Shown here: positions 1 to 10,441 of the stretch, in pieces | Position numbering within the stretch: the stretch's first letter is position 1 | How the letters are laid out: each line of letters opens with the position of its first letter | Assembly: GCA_965200875.1 (NCBI GenBank) | Contig: OZ241456.1 | Coordinates: forward strand, 576,001 to 640,000 | DNA from: Bdellovibrionales bacterium | Lineage (GTDB): Bacteria; Bdellovibrionota; Bdellovibrionia; Bdellovibrionales; UBA1609 | Direction: 5' to 3' | DNA: 64,000 bases | The notes under the pieces: generated by a model | Told to the model about the DNA's origin: nothing | Seen by the model: the letters and a program-made list of their open reading frames with translations, nothing else | Database searches by the model: none | Made by a program: the position numbers and the translations under genes

Positions 1-915
1 ACACTTTTCGATGGAAAGGCTGAGATGGCCACCGAGAAGAGAATTTTTTTTGTGATGTAAATCGCTTTTTAAAGTTATTTTTCCTCTAAGCGGGTTTTCA
101 AAATCAGGATCAAAGATACGGACAAAAGCTGTAAGCTCCCTTGAAAAAAAAGAACCAGCAACTTGTGTTCGTCCCTGTTGGATTGTTTGTGACTCTATAA
201 TATCTCCTGTTGCCATAGAAGAAACACTTAACCAAGAGTGTTTGTTTTTTATACTAAACTGGTTTACATGGATTTTTTTCGGCTTTATTGTTATGTCCGT
301 GTAAAGCGAAAAAATTGGTAAAGATTTTACTTTCATAAAATCTGTGTCAATATTTACGGTGATTTTAGAGGCTTTCAGATTAATATGAGCCTTTAAATTC
401 TTGGTGGATACCTCACCCGCACGAGTGTTAAAAGTTACATTTGTTCGTGTTAGGACGACCCGGCTTACAGGAGATTGTTTAAGAGAGGATAGGGAGAAAG
501 ACTTCTGCTGTGATTTTTTTTTACCAGTTCTTTGTTGCCAGCTGAGTTTCAGGTTTGATTCCAGTAAAGTGATTTTTGCAGATAATACTCCGGTTAAAAG
601 TGCTCTGTAATCCGGTTCAGCAATCAAAGTTTTTATCGTGACAGGTTCTGCAAGAATATCGTTATCAGGAATATTTATTAATACCTTTTCTATTGTGGCT
701 TTTAAAGGAATAAAGGAGACTGATATTTTATCCCATTTAAACTGTCCTGTTTTATCAGCTTTTGCTATTTCAGATTGAATGGTTTTAGAAATGTGTTTTA
801 CGGCAATCTGCTTTGCTTTTTTATAAAGAGCACCGAAGCTGAACAGCAAAATAGCTGTTGTTAATAAAACAGTTAAGCTATAGAAAATAATTTTTTTTTT
901 GGTCTTTTTAATCAA
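1..915 (-). CDS. AsmA/TamB-like membrane-anchored protein, N-terminal part (runs off window)
   Basis: Manual translation from TTG 915: MIKKTKKKIIFYSLTVLLTTAILLFSFGALY... (N-terminal TM anchor, then beta-rich sequence); start overlaps the stop of the upstream TPR gene; only the first ~125 codons were translated. Confidence 0.55.
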   Translation of the reverse strand, partial: MIKKTKKKIIFYSLTVLLTTAILLFSFGALYKKAKQIAVKHISKTIQSEIAKADKTGQFKWDKISVSFIPLKATIEKVLINIPDNDILAEPVTIKTLIAEPDYRALLTGVLSAKITLLESNLKLSWQQRTGKKKSQQKSFSLSSLKQSPVSRVVLTRTNVTFNTRAGEVSTKNLKAHINLKASKITVNIDTDFMKVKSLPIFSLYTDITIKPKKIHVNQFSIKNKHSWLSVSSMATGDIIESQTIQQGRTQVAGSFFSRELTAFVRIFDPDFENPLRGKITLKSDLHHKKNSLLGGHLSLSIEKC

Positions 916-1957
916 GATTTTCTGCTCCTGTTTCCCATTGTTTTAGCAAATGGTGGGTGAGACGATAGTTGGGACGGACTTTCAATAAATGAGATAAAAT
1001 ATCTTTTGCTTTTTTCTTTTTTCCCAGACCGTAGTAAGCTTTTGCCCGAATGTATGTCAAGGCAAAAACTGTTTCCGGATCGTGATTGTATCTTACTTCC
1101 ATTGTGTCCAAAAAACTTAAACAGTCCAAATAAAGCGCGCTTTGTAAAAGCAAATCCAAATAAAGCCATTGAGCAGAAACAGTATTCAAGTGAGATTTTA
1201 GGATTTGCAATGCCAGATGAGGGTAACTCGCGAATGAGAAAAGCAACGCCATATCGTAGCTCTTTTCGGGAGTGTCTTTTAACATTTTTTTTATGGATTT
1301 TGATATTTTCTCTGCTTGTTGTTTTTCTTTTTCCGAAGGAAGATGAGAGATATTATGTTTATTTAACAGATTGGTTTTCTTTTGCTGGATTATGTGTCTG
1401 CCCCACTTTTCCCGAAATTGGATCCATTTTTCCTGTACCTCAGGGTTTTCAGGTTCCAGTTTTTTTAATTTTTTAAGTATCTCCTCTTCTTTTTTTAAGA
1501 TCCCCTGTGACTGGATAAACTCCAGATCTTCTGTATATTTGATAAAAGCTCGGTTTTTTTTTCTGCTGATTTGTTTGATCATTTTAGTTTTCAGTTCTTT
1601 CAGTTCTGGATGATATTTATCCCAGCTATGACTGGTTATCAGAGCCGGGATTTGTTTTTGCTCCAAAATTCCTTTTATGAAGACCGCTCTTTTTTCTTTG
1701 GGAATGAGGATATCCTGAGACTCCAAAATTTCAATGATAAAAGCCCAAGGGACCACTTCCTTTTTTTTTAGCCGGGAAATGGCTGTTTCCATTATTAATT
1801 TATTCTGACCAGCTTGATACATAAACCGACATATAGCCAAAAAACTCTCTGTATCTTTGGATAATTTTTTCTTTCCAAGAAGGTATCTGGCAATAGTGGC
1901 AGAGCTATGCCCTGAAGATAACATCTTTTGGATTTTTTTTTCGATTACGGCAACCAT
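908..1957 (-). CDS. TPR-containing hypothetical protein
   Basis: 349 aa helical protein with a C-terminal TPR-like segment (YIRAKAYYGLGKKKKAKDILSHLLKVRPNY). Confidence 0.65.
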   Translation of the reverse strand: MVAVIEKKIQKMLSSGHSSATIARYLLGKKKLSKDTESFLAICRFMYQAGQNKLIMETAISRLKKKEVVPWAFIIEILESQDILIPKEKRAVFIKGILEQKQIPALITSHSWDKYHPELKELKTKMIKQISRKKNRAFIKYTEDLEFIQSQGILKKEEEILKKLKKLEPENPEVQEKWIQFREKWGRHIIQQKKTNLLNKHNISHLPSEKEKQQAEKISKSIKKMLKDTPEKSYDMALLFSFASYPHLALQILKSHLNTVSAQWLYLDLLLQSALYLDCLSFLDTMEVRYNHDPETVFALTYIRAKAYYGLGKKKKAKDILSHLLKVRPNYRLTHHLLKQWETGAENLD

Positions 1958-1970
1958 ATTTATATTCCAT

Positions 1971-2540
1971 TTATTTGCCCGATTTTACTCTTTCAATATA
2001 AGAGCCGTCACTGGTATTGACTTTAATAACATCATTTATATTCAAATAAAGAGGTACTTGCAGAGAAAGTCCTGTTTCCAAAGTAGCCGGTTTTGTTACA
2101 TTGGCAGCTGTATTTCCTTTTAGTCCAGGATCGGTTTCGGTAATTTTCAGCGAAACAGTTTTTGGCAGTTCCACTCCCACAGCCTCCCCATTTAACACGC
2201 AGATTTTTACAGTAATGTTTTCCTTTAGAAAATAAGCTGATGATCCTATGGATTTTGCATTAATGGTAATTTGCTCGTAAGAGGAGTTATCCATAAAATA
2301 GAAGTCATTTTCGTCTTTATACAGAAAATTCATTTCTTTGTAAGTGACATCCGGGATTGCAAATTTTTCTCCCGAACGAATCGTGAGATCAATACAGGAA
2401 CCTGTGATAAGGTGCTTTAATTTTGTTCTGGTGAATTGATTACCTTTCCCGGGTTTTACATGCTGAAAATCAACAATGGAATAAGGTTCTCCTTTTACCA
2501 GAATCTTTAAACTTTTCTTAAAATGGCTGGTGTTGATCAT
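1971..2540 (-). CDS. efp: Elongation factor P
   Basis: FQHVKPGKG loop; KPATLETG and VPLY...IKVNT C-terminal motifs; 189 aa. Confidence 0.97.
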   Translation of the reverse strand: MINTSHFKKSLKILVKGEPYSIVDFQHVKPGKGNQFTRTKLKHLITGSCIDLTIRSGEKFAIPDVTYKEMNFLYKDENDFYFMDNSSYEQITINAKSIGSSAYFLKENITVKICVLNGEAVGVELPKTVSLKITETDPGLKGNTAANVTKPATLETGLSLQVPLYLNINDVIKVNTSDGSYIERVKSGK

Positions 2541-3432
2541 AACTTTTGCTGACTTGAGATTGCTCGATACGCGTTAAAAGCTTATGCAGTTTCTGGATTT
2601 TTTGTTGTTTTTTTTTGGATTTTGAAAAATATGTTTCAGTGACAGTTATTTTTCTATCCATGTTTCCTTTCATATTTCCTTTTTCCACCTGAAAGGACTC
2701 ATTTGTGGAGGGAAGTTTTGCTTCCAAAGCCTGAATATGTGCTTTCCATTGCTGATGGTTGTAAATATTTTTCATCTCCATAATAAACTGTCTGGCTTTG
2801 GGAAACTCTTTTCTGTAGATTAAAGCCTCCACCATTGCACTTCGGGCGAAAAACTGTTGTTTTTCTCTTTTAGAATATGTTTTCGGCACGGGGTGTAAAG
2901 TGGGAGGTTCTTTGCTCTTTGTATCCGGTGGAGAAATATATTGTGCCACTTCTCTTAAGGTTTTAAAGGAAAAACCGGTGCTGTCATATTGAACAGATGT
3001 CATTGTCTCCAGTTTTTTCAGGATATTTTTCGCGGGTTTGTTTTCAGGATCCAAAAATAAGACCATCTTATAGGCTCTGAGAGTTTTTTCCGGGTTCTTC
3101 AGCCTGAGCCAGATTTGTCCCAAGGTTTTATAAGCAAAAATATTTTCTGGGGCAAGTTCTATGGCTTTTTCCAACGATTCCGCGGCCATTTCCAGTTTAT
3201 TCATATCCAAAAGAGTAAGAGCTAACGCAATATGTCCTAATACAAATTGAGGGTGCTCCTGCACACCTCTCCGGCAAAGATTGAAAGCTTTGTCTATTTC
3301 CCCCTTTTTTCGGTAAAGGTCAGCCAAAAGGGCAAATACTTTGGATCTGGGATTTTTTTTGTAAATCATCAGATACCGTTTCATTTTCATTACAGAGCTA
3401 TTAATAGGTTCCATTGCTCCTAATGGTGACAT
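2518..3432 (-). CDS. Tetratricopeptide repeat protein
   Basis: N-terminal TPRs (FALLADLYRKKG..., AIELAPENIFAYKTLG). Confidence 0.8.
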   Translation of the reverse strand: MSPLGAMEPINSSVMKMKRYLMIYKKNPRSKVFALLADLYRKKGEIDKAFNLCRRGVQEHPQFVLGHIALALTLLDMNKLEMAAESLEKAIELAPENIFAYKTLGQIWLRLKNPEKTLRAYKMVLFLDPENKPAKNILKKLETMTSVQYDSTGFSFKTLREVAQYISPPDTKSKEPPTLHPVPKTYSKREKQQFFARSAMVEALIYRKEFPKARQFIMEMKNIYNHQQWKAHIQALEAKLPSTNESFQVEKGNMKGNMDRKITVTETYFSKSKKKQQKIQKLHKLLTRIEQSQVSKSYDQHQPF

Positions 3433-3526
3433 ATTTTGGTTTTTATTTCCAGAGGTTTTGTTATAATAAGTTTTTGTCTAAGCTTTTTTTAAAAAAAGGC
3501 AGGTTATTTAAACCGGGGAAAAATAA

Positions 3527-4078
3527 ATGATTGTGCTGGGCTTAGATCCAGGAACGGTGAGAACTGGTTTTGCTGTTGTAAAAGTAAAAACAGAAAAAAA
3601 TAATTTTTCTCTTTTAAACTCTGGAGTTTTATGTGTGGAGGCAAGTTGTCCTTTGGAACAAAGATTGCTGATAATTGGTCGAGGTCTGGAAAAAATTTAT
3701 CAACAATATGCTGTTTCGGATACAGCTATTGAACAAGTGTTCTTTGGAAAAAATCCAAATAGTGCTTTTAAGCTGGGTCAGGTCTTTGGATTGTGTGCCT
3801 ACCAAGCCCAACGCGCCGGTTCAGCAGTTTTTCCTTATGCGGCCCGTTATATTAAAAAAGCAGTTACTGGTTCTGGCAGTGCGGCTAAGAAAGCTGTGCA
3901 AATATATGTTCTAAATATTTTTGGAATCAAGCAGGATACAGCAGTCAGTTCTTCTGTTAAAACTACAGATGCCACCGATGCTTTGGCGGTTGCTCTGTGT
4001 CATATTTATGAAACACAAATTCCGAATTTAGAATCTCTTTCCTCCTCTGTTCAAATGAATGTAAAAGACAGGAGATAA
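3527..4078 (+). CDS. ruvC: Holliday junction resolvase RuvC
   Basis: LGLDPG, AIEQVFF, IKKAVTGSG and DATDALAVALCH motifs. Confidence 0.97.
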   Translation: MIVLGLDPGTVRTGFAVVKVKTEKNNFSLLNSGVLCVEASCPLEQRLLIIGRGLEKIYQQYAVSDTAIEQVFFGKNPNSAFKLGQVFGLCAYQAQRAGSAVFPYAARYIKKAVTGSGSAAKKAVQIYVLNIFGIKQDTAVSSSVKTTDATDALAVALCHIYETQIPNLESLSSSVQMNVKDRR

Positions 4079-4081
4079 TCC

Positions 4082-4660
4082 ATGATCGCATTTTTAAAAG
4101 GCATGATTAAAGAAATAGAGGGAGACAGGATTATCTTGGATGTAAACAATGTTGGTTACGAAGTTTACTCCTCTTCCAAGACCCAAAAGGATCTGTTTAT
4201 CTCTGAAATGGCAGAGCTTTGGATTTACACTCATGTTAAGGAGGATTCTTTTAAACTTTTTGGCTTTTCCCATAAAGCGGAGCGAAAAATTTTTTTGGCG
4301 TTTATTGGAATAAATGGAATAGGTCCCAAAATGGCTTTATCTTTGCTTTCCTCCGCACCCTCATTGAAGAAATTATTAGATATGATTGAAGAAGAGGATG
4401 TAAGTGGTTTGACAAAGCTGCCTCGGGTTGGGAAAAAAAGTGCTCAGCAGATTATTTTAGCTTTAAAAGGTCAGCTGAAAGAGGGTTGGCTTGCACGCGG
4501 GGAAAAAAAGATTTTGGAGCGGAAGTTTTTAACTCAAACCCTTTTGAATTTGGGTTTTCGATCAGGAGAAATTCGATCTGCCTTGGATCAGATGAAAATA
4601 GGGGAAAATCCAGAAGAGGATTTAAAACAGGCACTTTCCTATTTGCAACCGGGGAAATAG
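4082..4660 (+). CDS. ruvA: Holliday junction branch migration protein RuvA
   Basis: MIAFLKG, VGYEV, LFGF, GIGPKMAL, PRVGKKSA; follows ruvC. Confidence 0.96.
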   Translation: MIAFLKGMIKEIEGDRIILDVNNVGYEVYSSSKTQKDLFISEMAELWIYTHVKEDSFKLFGFSHKAERKIFLAFIGINGIGPKMALSLLSSAPSLKKLLDMIEEEDVSGLTKLPRVGKKSAQQIILALKGQLKEGWLARGEKKILERKFLTQTLLNLGFRSGEIRSALDQMKIGENPEEDLKQALSYLQPGK

Positions 4661-4741
4661 TTTGATTTGAGCTTACAGTGGAACAGAAAAACGCCATTAA
4701 ACTTTATTTATCCGGTTCATTGTGATATTTATGCAGTTACA

Positions 4742-5503
4742 ATGAAGTTTATCTTTTTACTTATTGTCTTCTTATCTTTTCCCGTCCAAACCTTTGCACA
4801 ATCCAATGATCCTTTAGACCCAGAGCGAACCAGTTATGATATGTGTGGAACAACATATCGTGAATGGGTGATGTTGCCTTTAGAAGCATATCCTTGGGGC
4901 GTGTGTTTTTTTGAAAAACACGATGAGCATTCATATACTCTTTCAGAACAAGAAAGGATTTGGGCCAGGGAGGCTATGGAAATATGGAACACTGAGTATG
5001 TTAATTACCTATGGAGAAAGTGTAAAACTAGTGATGTTGTGAATATCCCTTCCGGGAAACTTTTTGTGGAATCTTGCGATAGTGACTTATACAATATTAT
5101 TTATGTGGGAAAAAAATCTTTGGGCAATATGGCGGGTTATTATTCACCAAGAGATTCTATGTGGGATTTTGTTAATTTTCATGGATTTATAGTGATAAAT
5201 AGTGATCAAAACTGGACGAGGGAGCATTTTATAAATGTTAAGATACATGAATTAGGTCATTCTCTTGCCCTTCCTCATGTTCCTAAGGAGAGTAAGAAGT
5301 CGCGTCTTCTGTGGCCTGCGGGTTTTGGGTGTAAATACAGGGAGAAGATTTGTGAGTTTCAAGACTATGATTTTGAGACTTTTATTGAGCCTTTTCCGGG
5401 AATCCCTATGATTAGAGTTAATCAAGGAATAATAGATGAACAAAGAGAATGGGCACAGAAACAAAATTGGTTAAATGGTGGATATGGTCGTCATTCAATG
5501 TAA
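4742..5503 (+). CDS. Secreted zinc metalloprotease, metzincin/matrixin-like
   Basis: Signal peptide from ATG 4742 (MKFIFLLIVFLSFPVQTFA); zinc motif HELGHSLALPH. Confidence 0.7.
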   Translation: MKFIFLLIVFLSFPVQTFAQSNDPLDPERTSYDMCGTTYREWVMLPLEAYPWGVCFFEKHDEHSYTLSEQERIWAREAMEIWNTEYVNYLWRKCKTSDVVNIPSGKLFVESCDSDLYNIIYVGKKSLGNMAGYYSPRDSMWDFVNFHGFIVINSDQNWTREHFINVKIHELGHSLALPHVPKESKKSRLLWPAGFGCKYREKICEFQDYDFETFIEPFPGIPMIRVNQGIIDEQREWAQKQNWLNGGYGRHSM

Positions 5504-5522
5504 TTAAATTTAGGAGGTATAA

Positions 5523-5867
5523 ATGAAATACATAATATCAATATTTTTTCTCTTTTTATTTGTGTCTTGCGATTGTAAGAAAATACCTTCCACTTTTATA
5601 GATAAACGATGCGAAAAAATTTTGGAGGACATGTGGGATAATGAGGAAAAAGGAGCTTGTGATTTGAAACCTGAGTACGCAGATAAGGACGATAAAGGGC
5701 AGTTAAAAGAGGGTTTAGGTTCTATCTCTGATTACATGTATAAAACAAAAGAAACTTGTTGGGCTTTTCTGAAAGCATTAGGCGATCGTTGTGATGCTTT
5801 ACCTCCACCTGGGCCTGACGACATTATTCAAACAAGCGGTTCAACTTTCGGTGGCGGGTGTAAATAA
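5523..5867 (+). CDS. Cys-rich hypothetical lipoprotein
   Basis: RBS aggagg; lipobox-like FVSC after a hydrophobic stretch; several Cys. Confidence 0.6.
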   Translation: MKYIISIFFLFLFVSCDCKKIPSTFIDKRCEKILEDMWDNEEKGACDLKPEYADKDDKGQLKEGLGSISDYMYKTKETCWAFLKALGDRCDALPPPGPDDIIQTSGSTFGGGCK

Positions 5868-6041
5868 AAACCTTTTCAAAAAACAAGCGAGCCAAACAGT
5901 CTAAAGTTAATCTGACCCATGATCGCGTATTATCAATCAATTTATCGTCCCCATCAGTAATCACAAACTAAACCCAAAATTTTTTATTATCCAATATATC
6001 AGAAATTTTTTCATGCTTACGTGCTAAGCGACATAAGATCA

Positions 6042-6084
6042 GCTGTTGCTCCTCTAACGAAAACTTACGCAAATACATCATAGC
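6042..6084 (-). repeat. 43-bp direct repeat of Rpn-internal 6347-6389, overlapping the Rpn stop
   Basis: gctgttgctcctctaacgaaaacttacgcaaatacatcatagc occurs at both positions. Confidence 0.92.
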
Positions 6085-7043
6085 TGTTTCACTTTCCTTT
6101 TTTTCAACTTTTTGATTTCTTCCACGGAGAGACCTGTATGTTTGGCGATAAACTTCATATTGACACCATTTTTCAACATACTAATAATCAGCTTATTTCT
6201 GCCTTCGGCTTCACCTTCGGCTCTGCCTTCGGCTTTTCCTTCAGCTCTGCCTTTAGCTTCACCTTTGGCTTCACCTTGTTCAAAGACATAAGCTTCTCTC
6301 GCCACTCGATCTCGGCGGTTTTTTTCCTTGGCATCTGCTATAATCTGCTGTTGCTCCTCTAACGAAAACTTACGCAAATACATCATAGCCTCCTTCCAAT
6401 CAGAATCTTTATCCAAAAGCTTCTGATAATCCTTATTTTTTATGCTGTTTGACCTCTTTAAAATATAACACCATAGCTCCTGAAAATCAATCGAAGAACT
6501 TACATCATCCTGACGAAACTTGTTTAATTCCACTGTCACAAAACACAAATCCTTGTTAAAAGGAAAATGTGGTGGCTTGCTCGAACGAATATCAAAAGAG
6601 TTGTAAAACCCTTCTCGACCAGGGAATAGGTCAAACATACTGAATATCAAAGAATATGCTGGACAGAGTTTTGTATATTCTTCTCCTTCTTTTAATTGAG
6701 ATACATAATTTTTGGCCCAATAGAACAATACTCTTTCAGAAAAACCTGGATGAAAAAAAGTCTGCATTTCCACATTAACCAATTCTCCGGTATTGAGCTG
6801 AAGTCTAAGGTCCATAATGGCACTTTTGTCTTCTTCCTTCATGGAAGGGAGAAAGGAGTCCAGTAAAGTTACTTGTTGGATGGAGCTTTTTTCAGGGAGT
6901 GGGAGGAAAGCTTTAAGAAGAGATTTTAAAGCGGGCTTACAAAGTTTAAAGTAGTTTTTAAAGTTTCCATTTTTAGTTAAGTTGACCAACAAAGAGTGTT
7001 TTTTTTCTTTGTTTTTGCTTATTTTTTTCTTTGTTTTTTGCAT
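6078..7043 (-). CDS. Rpn family PD-(D/E)XK nuclease (copy 1)
   Basis: MDLRLQ...NVEMQ...ERVLFYWAK nuclease core; C-terminal (EG-x-A)n repeats and a TGLSVEEI HTH-like tail. Confidence 0.9.
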   Translation of the reverse strand: MQKTKKKISKNKEKKHSLLVNLTKNGNFKNYFKLCKPALKSLLKAFLPLPEKSSIQQVTLLDSFLPSMKEEDKSAIMDLRLQLNTGELVNVEMQTFFHPGFSERVLFYWAKNYVSQLKEGEEYTKLCPAYSLIFSMFDLFPGREGFYNSFDIRSSKPPHFPFNKDLCFVTVELNKFRQDDVSSSIDFQELWCYILKRSNSIKNKDYQKLLDKDSDWKEAMMYLRKFSLEEQQQIIADAKEKNRRDRVAREAYVFEQGEAKGEAKGRAEGKAEGRAEGEAEGRNKLIISMLKNGVNMKFIAKHTGLSVEEIKKLKKRKVKQL

Positions 7044-7186
7044 AATATACTCCTTGTTTAAAAGTTATTGATTCTTCTTTATGCAAAATCGGGATCGTTC
7101 AAAATAGGCTATTTAAAGGATTTTGAGGGAGTAAAAATTCGAGATTCGAATTTTGCCGAATATTCCGAATTTTGAATAAAGTGTCA

Positions 7187-7232
7187 GGGAAAAAGCTCTT
7201 ACCAATACCCACCGTGAAGTGAGTTCGGCTTT
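7187..7232 (+). repeat. Partial copy of the MITE-like element at 40878-41045
   Basis: gggaaaaagctcttaccaatacccaccgtgaagtgagttcggcttt aligns to the reverse complement of ~40990-41037. Confidence 0.6.
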
Positions 7233-7300
7233 AAACCCGTCGCTGTAATATTGATAATTATACCAACTACATAAATAGGAGTGGAGAGCATAAGTGCGAT

Positions 7301-7498
7301 TTGACAGGGGTGGTTTTTAGGGGATATTTGAGCTATGCGAATTTTAGCAGAGCGGATTTGACAGTGGCGAATTTGATCGGTGCGATTTTGAGCAATGCGG
7401 ATTTGCCAGTGGCGAATTTTTCCAAGGCGAAAGTTGATTACTTCTTTGGGAATTATTTAACCAAACAAGGTATCAGTGGTTTTGTTGTTGTAGAATAA
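7301..7498 (+). pseudogene. Pentapeptide-repeat protein 3' remnant
   Basis: ANFSR-ADLTV-ANLIG-AILSN-ADLPV-ANFSK repeats; no convincing start. Confidence 0.6.
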
Positions 7499-7607
7499 AC
7501 TTTTACTGCCGAACAGGTAAATAAATTTCTACTATTGGAGTACGCGGATATGAACAATAAATACAAAATATAGGCCACAGTTTCACTATTTTATAATTGC
7601 TTCTTTC

Positions 7608-7636
7608 TTGACGCGTATATGTAAGTCACTTATCGT
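7608..7636 (+). promoter_or_regulatory. Putative sigma70 promoter for ruvB-ald
   Basis: TTGACG-17 bp-TATCGT, ~30 bp upstream of ruvB. Confidence 0.45.
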
Positions 7637-7665
7637 TTAGGAGTGAAGTTTATGGAGAAGGAAAA

Positions 7666-8691
7666 ATGACATTGGAAAAAGAAACAAAAAAAACAGAGGA
7701 AAAACAACTTTCAGCGGAAGAGCGCGAAACTGCACAAAGTCTTCGCCCTGCTGATTTTGAGGAGTTTCCTGGACAGGATAAAGTGAAAGACAAGCTTAAA
7801 GTTTTTGTGTCCGCCGCCCTTAAAAGAGGGGAGTCTTTGGATCATTCTCTTTTGAGTGGCCCCCCTGGTCTTGGAAAAACCACCTTAGCTTATATTATTG
7901 CCAACACCTTAAAGTCGGAAATAAAATGCACTTCCGGGCCAGCTATTCGAAGAAAAGGGGATATAGCTGCTATTTTAACCACTCTTAAGGCTGGAACGGT
8001 TTTATTTATTGATGAAATACATCGACTGGTCAAAGATGTGGAGGAGTACCTTTATAGCGCGATGGAGGATTTTCATATTGATATTGTTACAGGAGATGGT
8101 TTTGGTGCCAGAAGCGTGCGTTTTCAGCTACCACCTTTTACTCTTATCGGAGCTACAACTCGCATTGGCCTTTTAAAATCCCCTTTTCGAGATCGATTTG
8201 GCATTGTGGAAAGACTTTCTTTTTATGAAGAGTCTGCTTTAAAAGTCATTATTGCTCGCTCCGCCCGCCTGCTTAAAATTTCTATTACGAAAGAGGGTGC
8301 GGAAGAAATCGCCCGCAGAAGCAGAGGCACTCCTCGTGTGGCCAATCGCCTGTTAAAAAGAGTGAGGGATTTCGCACAGGTCTATAGTGATGGGGTGGTG
8401 GATGAAAAACAGGCCAAGCGCGCGCTGGAATACCTAGGTGTGGATAGACGCGGGCTGGATTTTATGGATTTAAAAATTTTAAAACTCATGGCAGAGTATT
8501 TTCAAGGCGGTCCAGTGGGAATAGACACCCTGGCCGCAGTTTTGGGAGAGGAAACAGATACGATAGAGGATTTTTATGAACCATTTTTAATTCAACAGGG
8601 TTTAGTAAGAAAAACTGCGCGTGGACGGGTTTTAACTGATAAAGCTCGCACACACTTAAACCCACAAATAAAGAGTGAGGAGAAAAAATGA
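7666..8691 (+). CDS. ruvB: Holliday junction branch migration helicase RuvB
   Basis: [45 protein letters not shown]. Confidence 0.98.
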   Translation: MTLEKETKKTEEKQLSAEERETAQSLRPADFEEFPGQDKVKDKLKVFVSAALKRGESLDHSLLSGPPGLGKTTLAYIIANTLKSEIKCTSGPAIRRKGDIAAILTTLKAGTVLFIDEIHRLVKDVEEYLYSAMEDFHIDIVTGDGFGARSVRFQLPPFTLIGATTRIGLLKSPFRDRFGIVERLSFYEESALKVIIARSARLLKISITKEGAEEIARRSRGTPRVANRLLKRVRDFAQVYSDGVVDEKQAKRALEYLGVDRRGLDFMDLKILKLMAEYFQGGPVGIDTLAAVLGEETDTIEDFYEPFLIQQGLVRKTARGRVLTDKARTHLNPQIKSEEKK

Positions 8692-9791
8692 TTATAGGTT
8701 TACCAAAGGAAATTAAACAGGCGGAAAATCGAGTGGCTTTAACAGAAAGCAATGTTCGTCAATTAGTGGAAAATGGCCATAAAGTTTTAGTGGAAAAAGG
8801 GGCGGGGAAAGGGAGTTTAATCTCCGATCAAAGCTACGAGTTTTCTGGTGCGCAAATCATTACGGATAAAAAACAGATATTCAGCCAAGCGGAAATGATT
8901 GTAAAGGTAAAAGAACCTTTGCCAGAAGAGTATAATCTTTTGCAGGAAGATCAAATTCTTTATACTTTTTTGCATTTAGCACCGGAACCGGAGCTAACTC
9001 ATGCTCTGATGAGACAAAAAGTAAAAGCAGTGGCTTACGAGACAATCCAAGAAGCAGATGGTTCTCTTCCTTTGTTAAAACCCATGAGTGAGGTGGCGGG
9101 AAGGCTTGCTACTCAGATTGGAGCTGTTTATTTACAAAAAGATCATGGGGGAAAAGGTATTTTACTGGGAGGAGTGCCGGGAGTGTTTCAGGGACATACA
9201 GTGATTTTAGGAGGGGGAACAGTAGGCATTAATGCGACTTTTATAGCTATTGGCTTGGGATCAAAAGTAACTGTTTTGGATCTCAATCCCTCACGGCTGG
9301 AGTATATCAACCACCATTATCAGGGAAGAGTACAGACCCTTTACTCCAACCGGGAAAATATTGAATCAGCGGTTCGTTCGGCGGATTTGCTTATCGGGGC
9401 TGTGTTGCTTGCGGGCAGTAAAGCACCAAAGCTGATTACAAAGGAAATGGTGGCCAGTATGTCAGAAGGTTCTGTGGTGGTGGATGTTTCTGTGGATCAG
9501 GGAGGGTGTATTGAAACTACCCGTCCCACATCCCATAAAGACCCCATTTTTTTGTACGAGCGAGTAATTCATTATGCAGTTCCTAATATTCCAGGGATTG
9601 TGGCACGCACTTCCACTTACGCTTTAACCAATGTCACTTTTCAATACGCGTTGAGTATTGCGAATCAGGGTCTGGAACAAGCCCTAAAAAAATCTTCTGC
9701 CCTAGCGCATGGGTTGAATGTATATAAGGGAAAAGTTACTTATGAACCTGTAGCCAGAGACCTGGGACTGAATTATGAACCTTTTTCCTGA
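8688..9791 (+). CDS. ald: Alanine dehydrogenase
   Basis: [47 protein letters not shown]. Confidence 0.97.
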   Translation: MIIGLPKEIKQAENRVALTESNVRQLVENGHKVLVEKGAGKGSLISDQSYEFSGAQIITDKKQIFSQAEMIVKVKEPLPEEYNLLQEDQILYTFLHLAPEPELTHALMRQKVKAVAYETIQEADGSLPLLKPMSEVAGRLATQIGAVYLQKDHGGKGILLGGVPGVFQGHTVILGGGTVGINATFIAIGLGSKVTVLDLNPSRLEYINHHYQGRVQTLYSNRENIESAVRSADLLIGAVLLAGSKAPKLITKEMVASMSEGSVVVDVSVDQGGCIETTRPTSHKDPIFLYERVIHYAVPNIPGIVARTSTYALTNVTFQYALSIANQGLEQALKKSSALAHGLNVYKGKVTYEPVARDLGLNYEPFS

Positions 9792-10009
9792 ACTGAGAGT
9801 CAGCACTGATTATTTCATCTAAAACTTTTGTAATCAATCAGTTTATCCGTACTGCACATAACAAAAATACGATCGGAAAGTCATTTAAAAATATCATTAT
9901 GCAGAGAACCAAAAGAGCTGACACATTTATGTAAATTATCAGGATTTATTTTATCCCATGAAAGACCTTGACCATTTTCAGCCTCTTGAGCTTCCGCCAA
10001 TTCCCCCTC

Positions 10010-10318
10010 TAAAACCTTATTTCCAATTACGGAACAAAAAAATATGTCACAGTTCAAAAGACAAAAGCAACAGTAAATGAACAAAAGATAAAAGAAGATG
10101 GTAAGTGGAATGGTCTGCATGGAGTAATAACCAACATAACAAAAGAGCAAACCTCTCAAGAGATACTTACTCGATACAGAAGGCTTTGGAAAATAGAAGA
10201 GGCTTTTCGTGTGTGCAAACACAACCTCAAGATGAGACCCATTTACCATTGGAAGAAGAAAAGAATAGAGTCCCACATAGCTATATGTTTTCTAGCTTAT
10301 TCTCTTATCTATAAAATT
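10010..10318 (+). mobile_element. IS1634-family DDE transposase fragment
   Basis: Manual translation LISNYGTKKY...GLHGVITN...YRRLWKIEEAFRVCKHNLKMRPIYHWKKKRIESHIAICFLAYSL; truncated on both sides. Confidence 0.85.
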
Positions 10319-10441
10319 GGAATATTCGGCAAAATTCGGTTTTCGAATTTTTACTCCCTCAAAATCCTTTAAATAGCCTATTTTGAACGATCCCGATTTT
10401 GCATAAAGAAGAATCAATAACTTTTAAACAAGGAGTATATT

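Larger units (their letters stand above)
6042..7173 (-). repeat. ~1.13 kb inverted repeat, left copy (Rpn module); partner at ~10313-11437
   Basis: Upstream region, ORF and 3' repeat match the reverse complement of 10313-11437; proteins identical except the C-terminal portion. Confidence 0.92.

Noticed and set aside
9881..10314. Track ORFs 9881-10276 (-) and 10105-10314 (+)
   Set aside because: Antisense and off-frame shadows of the IS1634 fragment.
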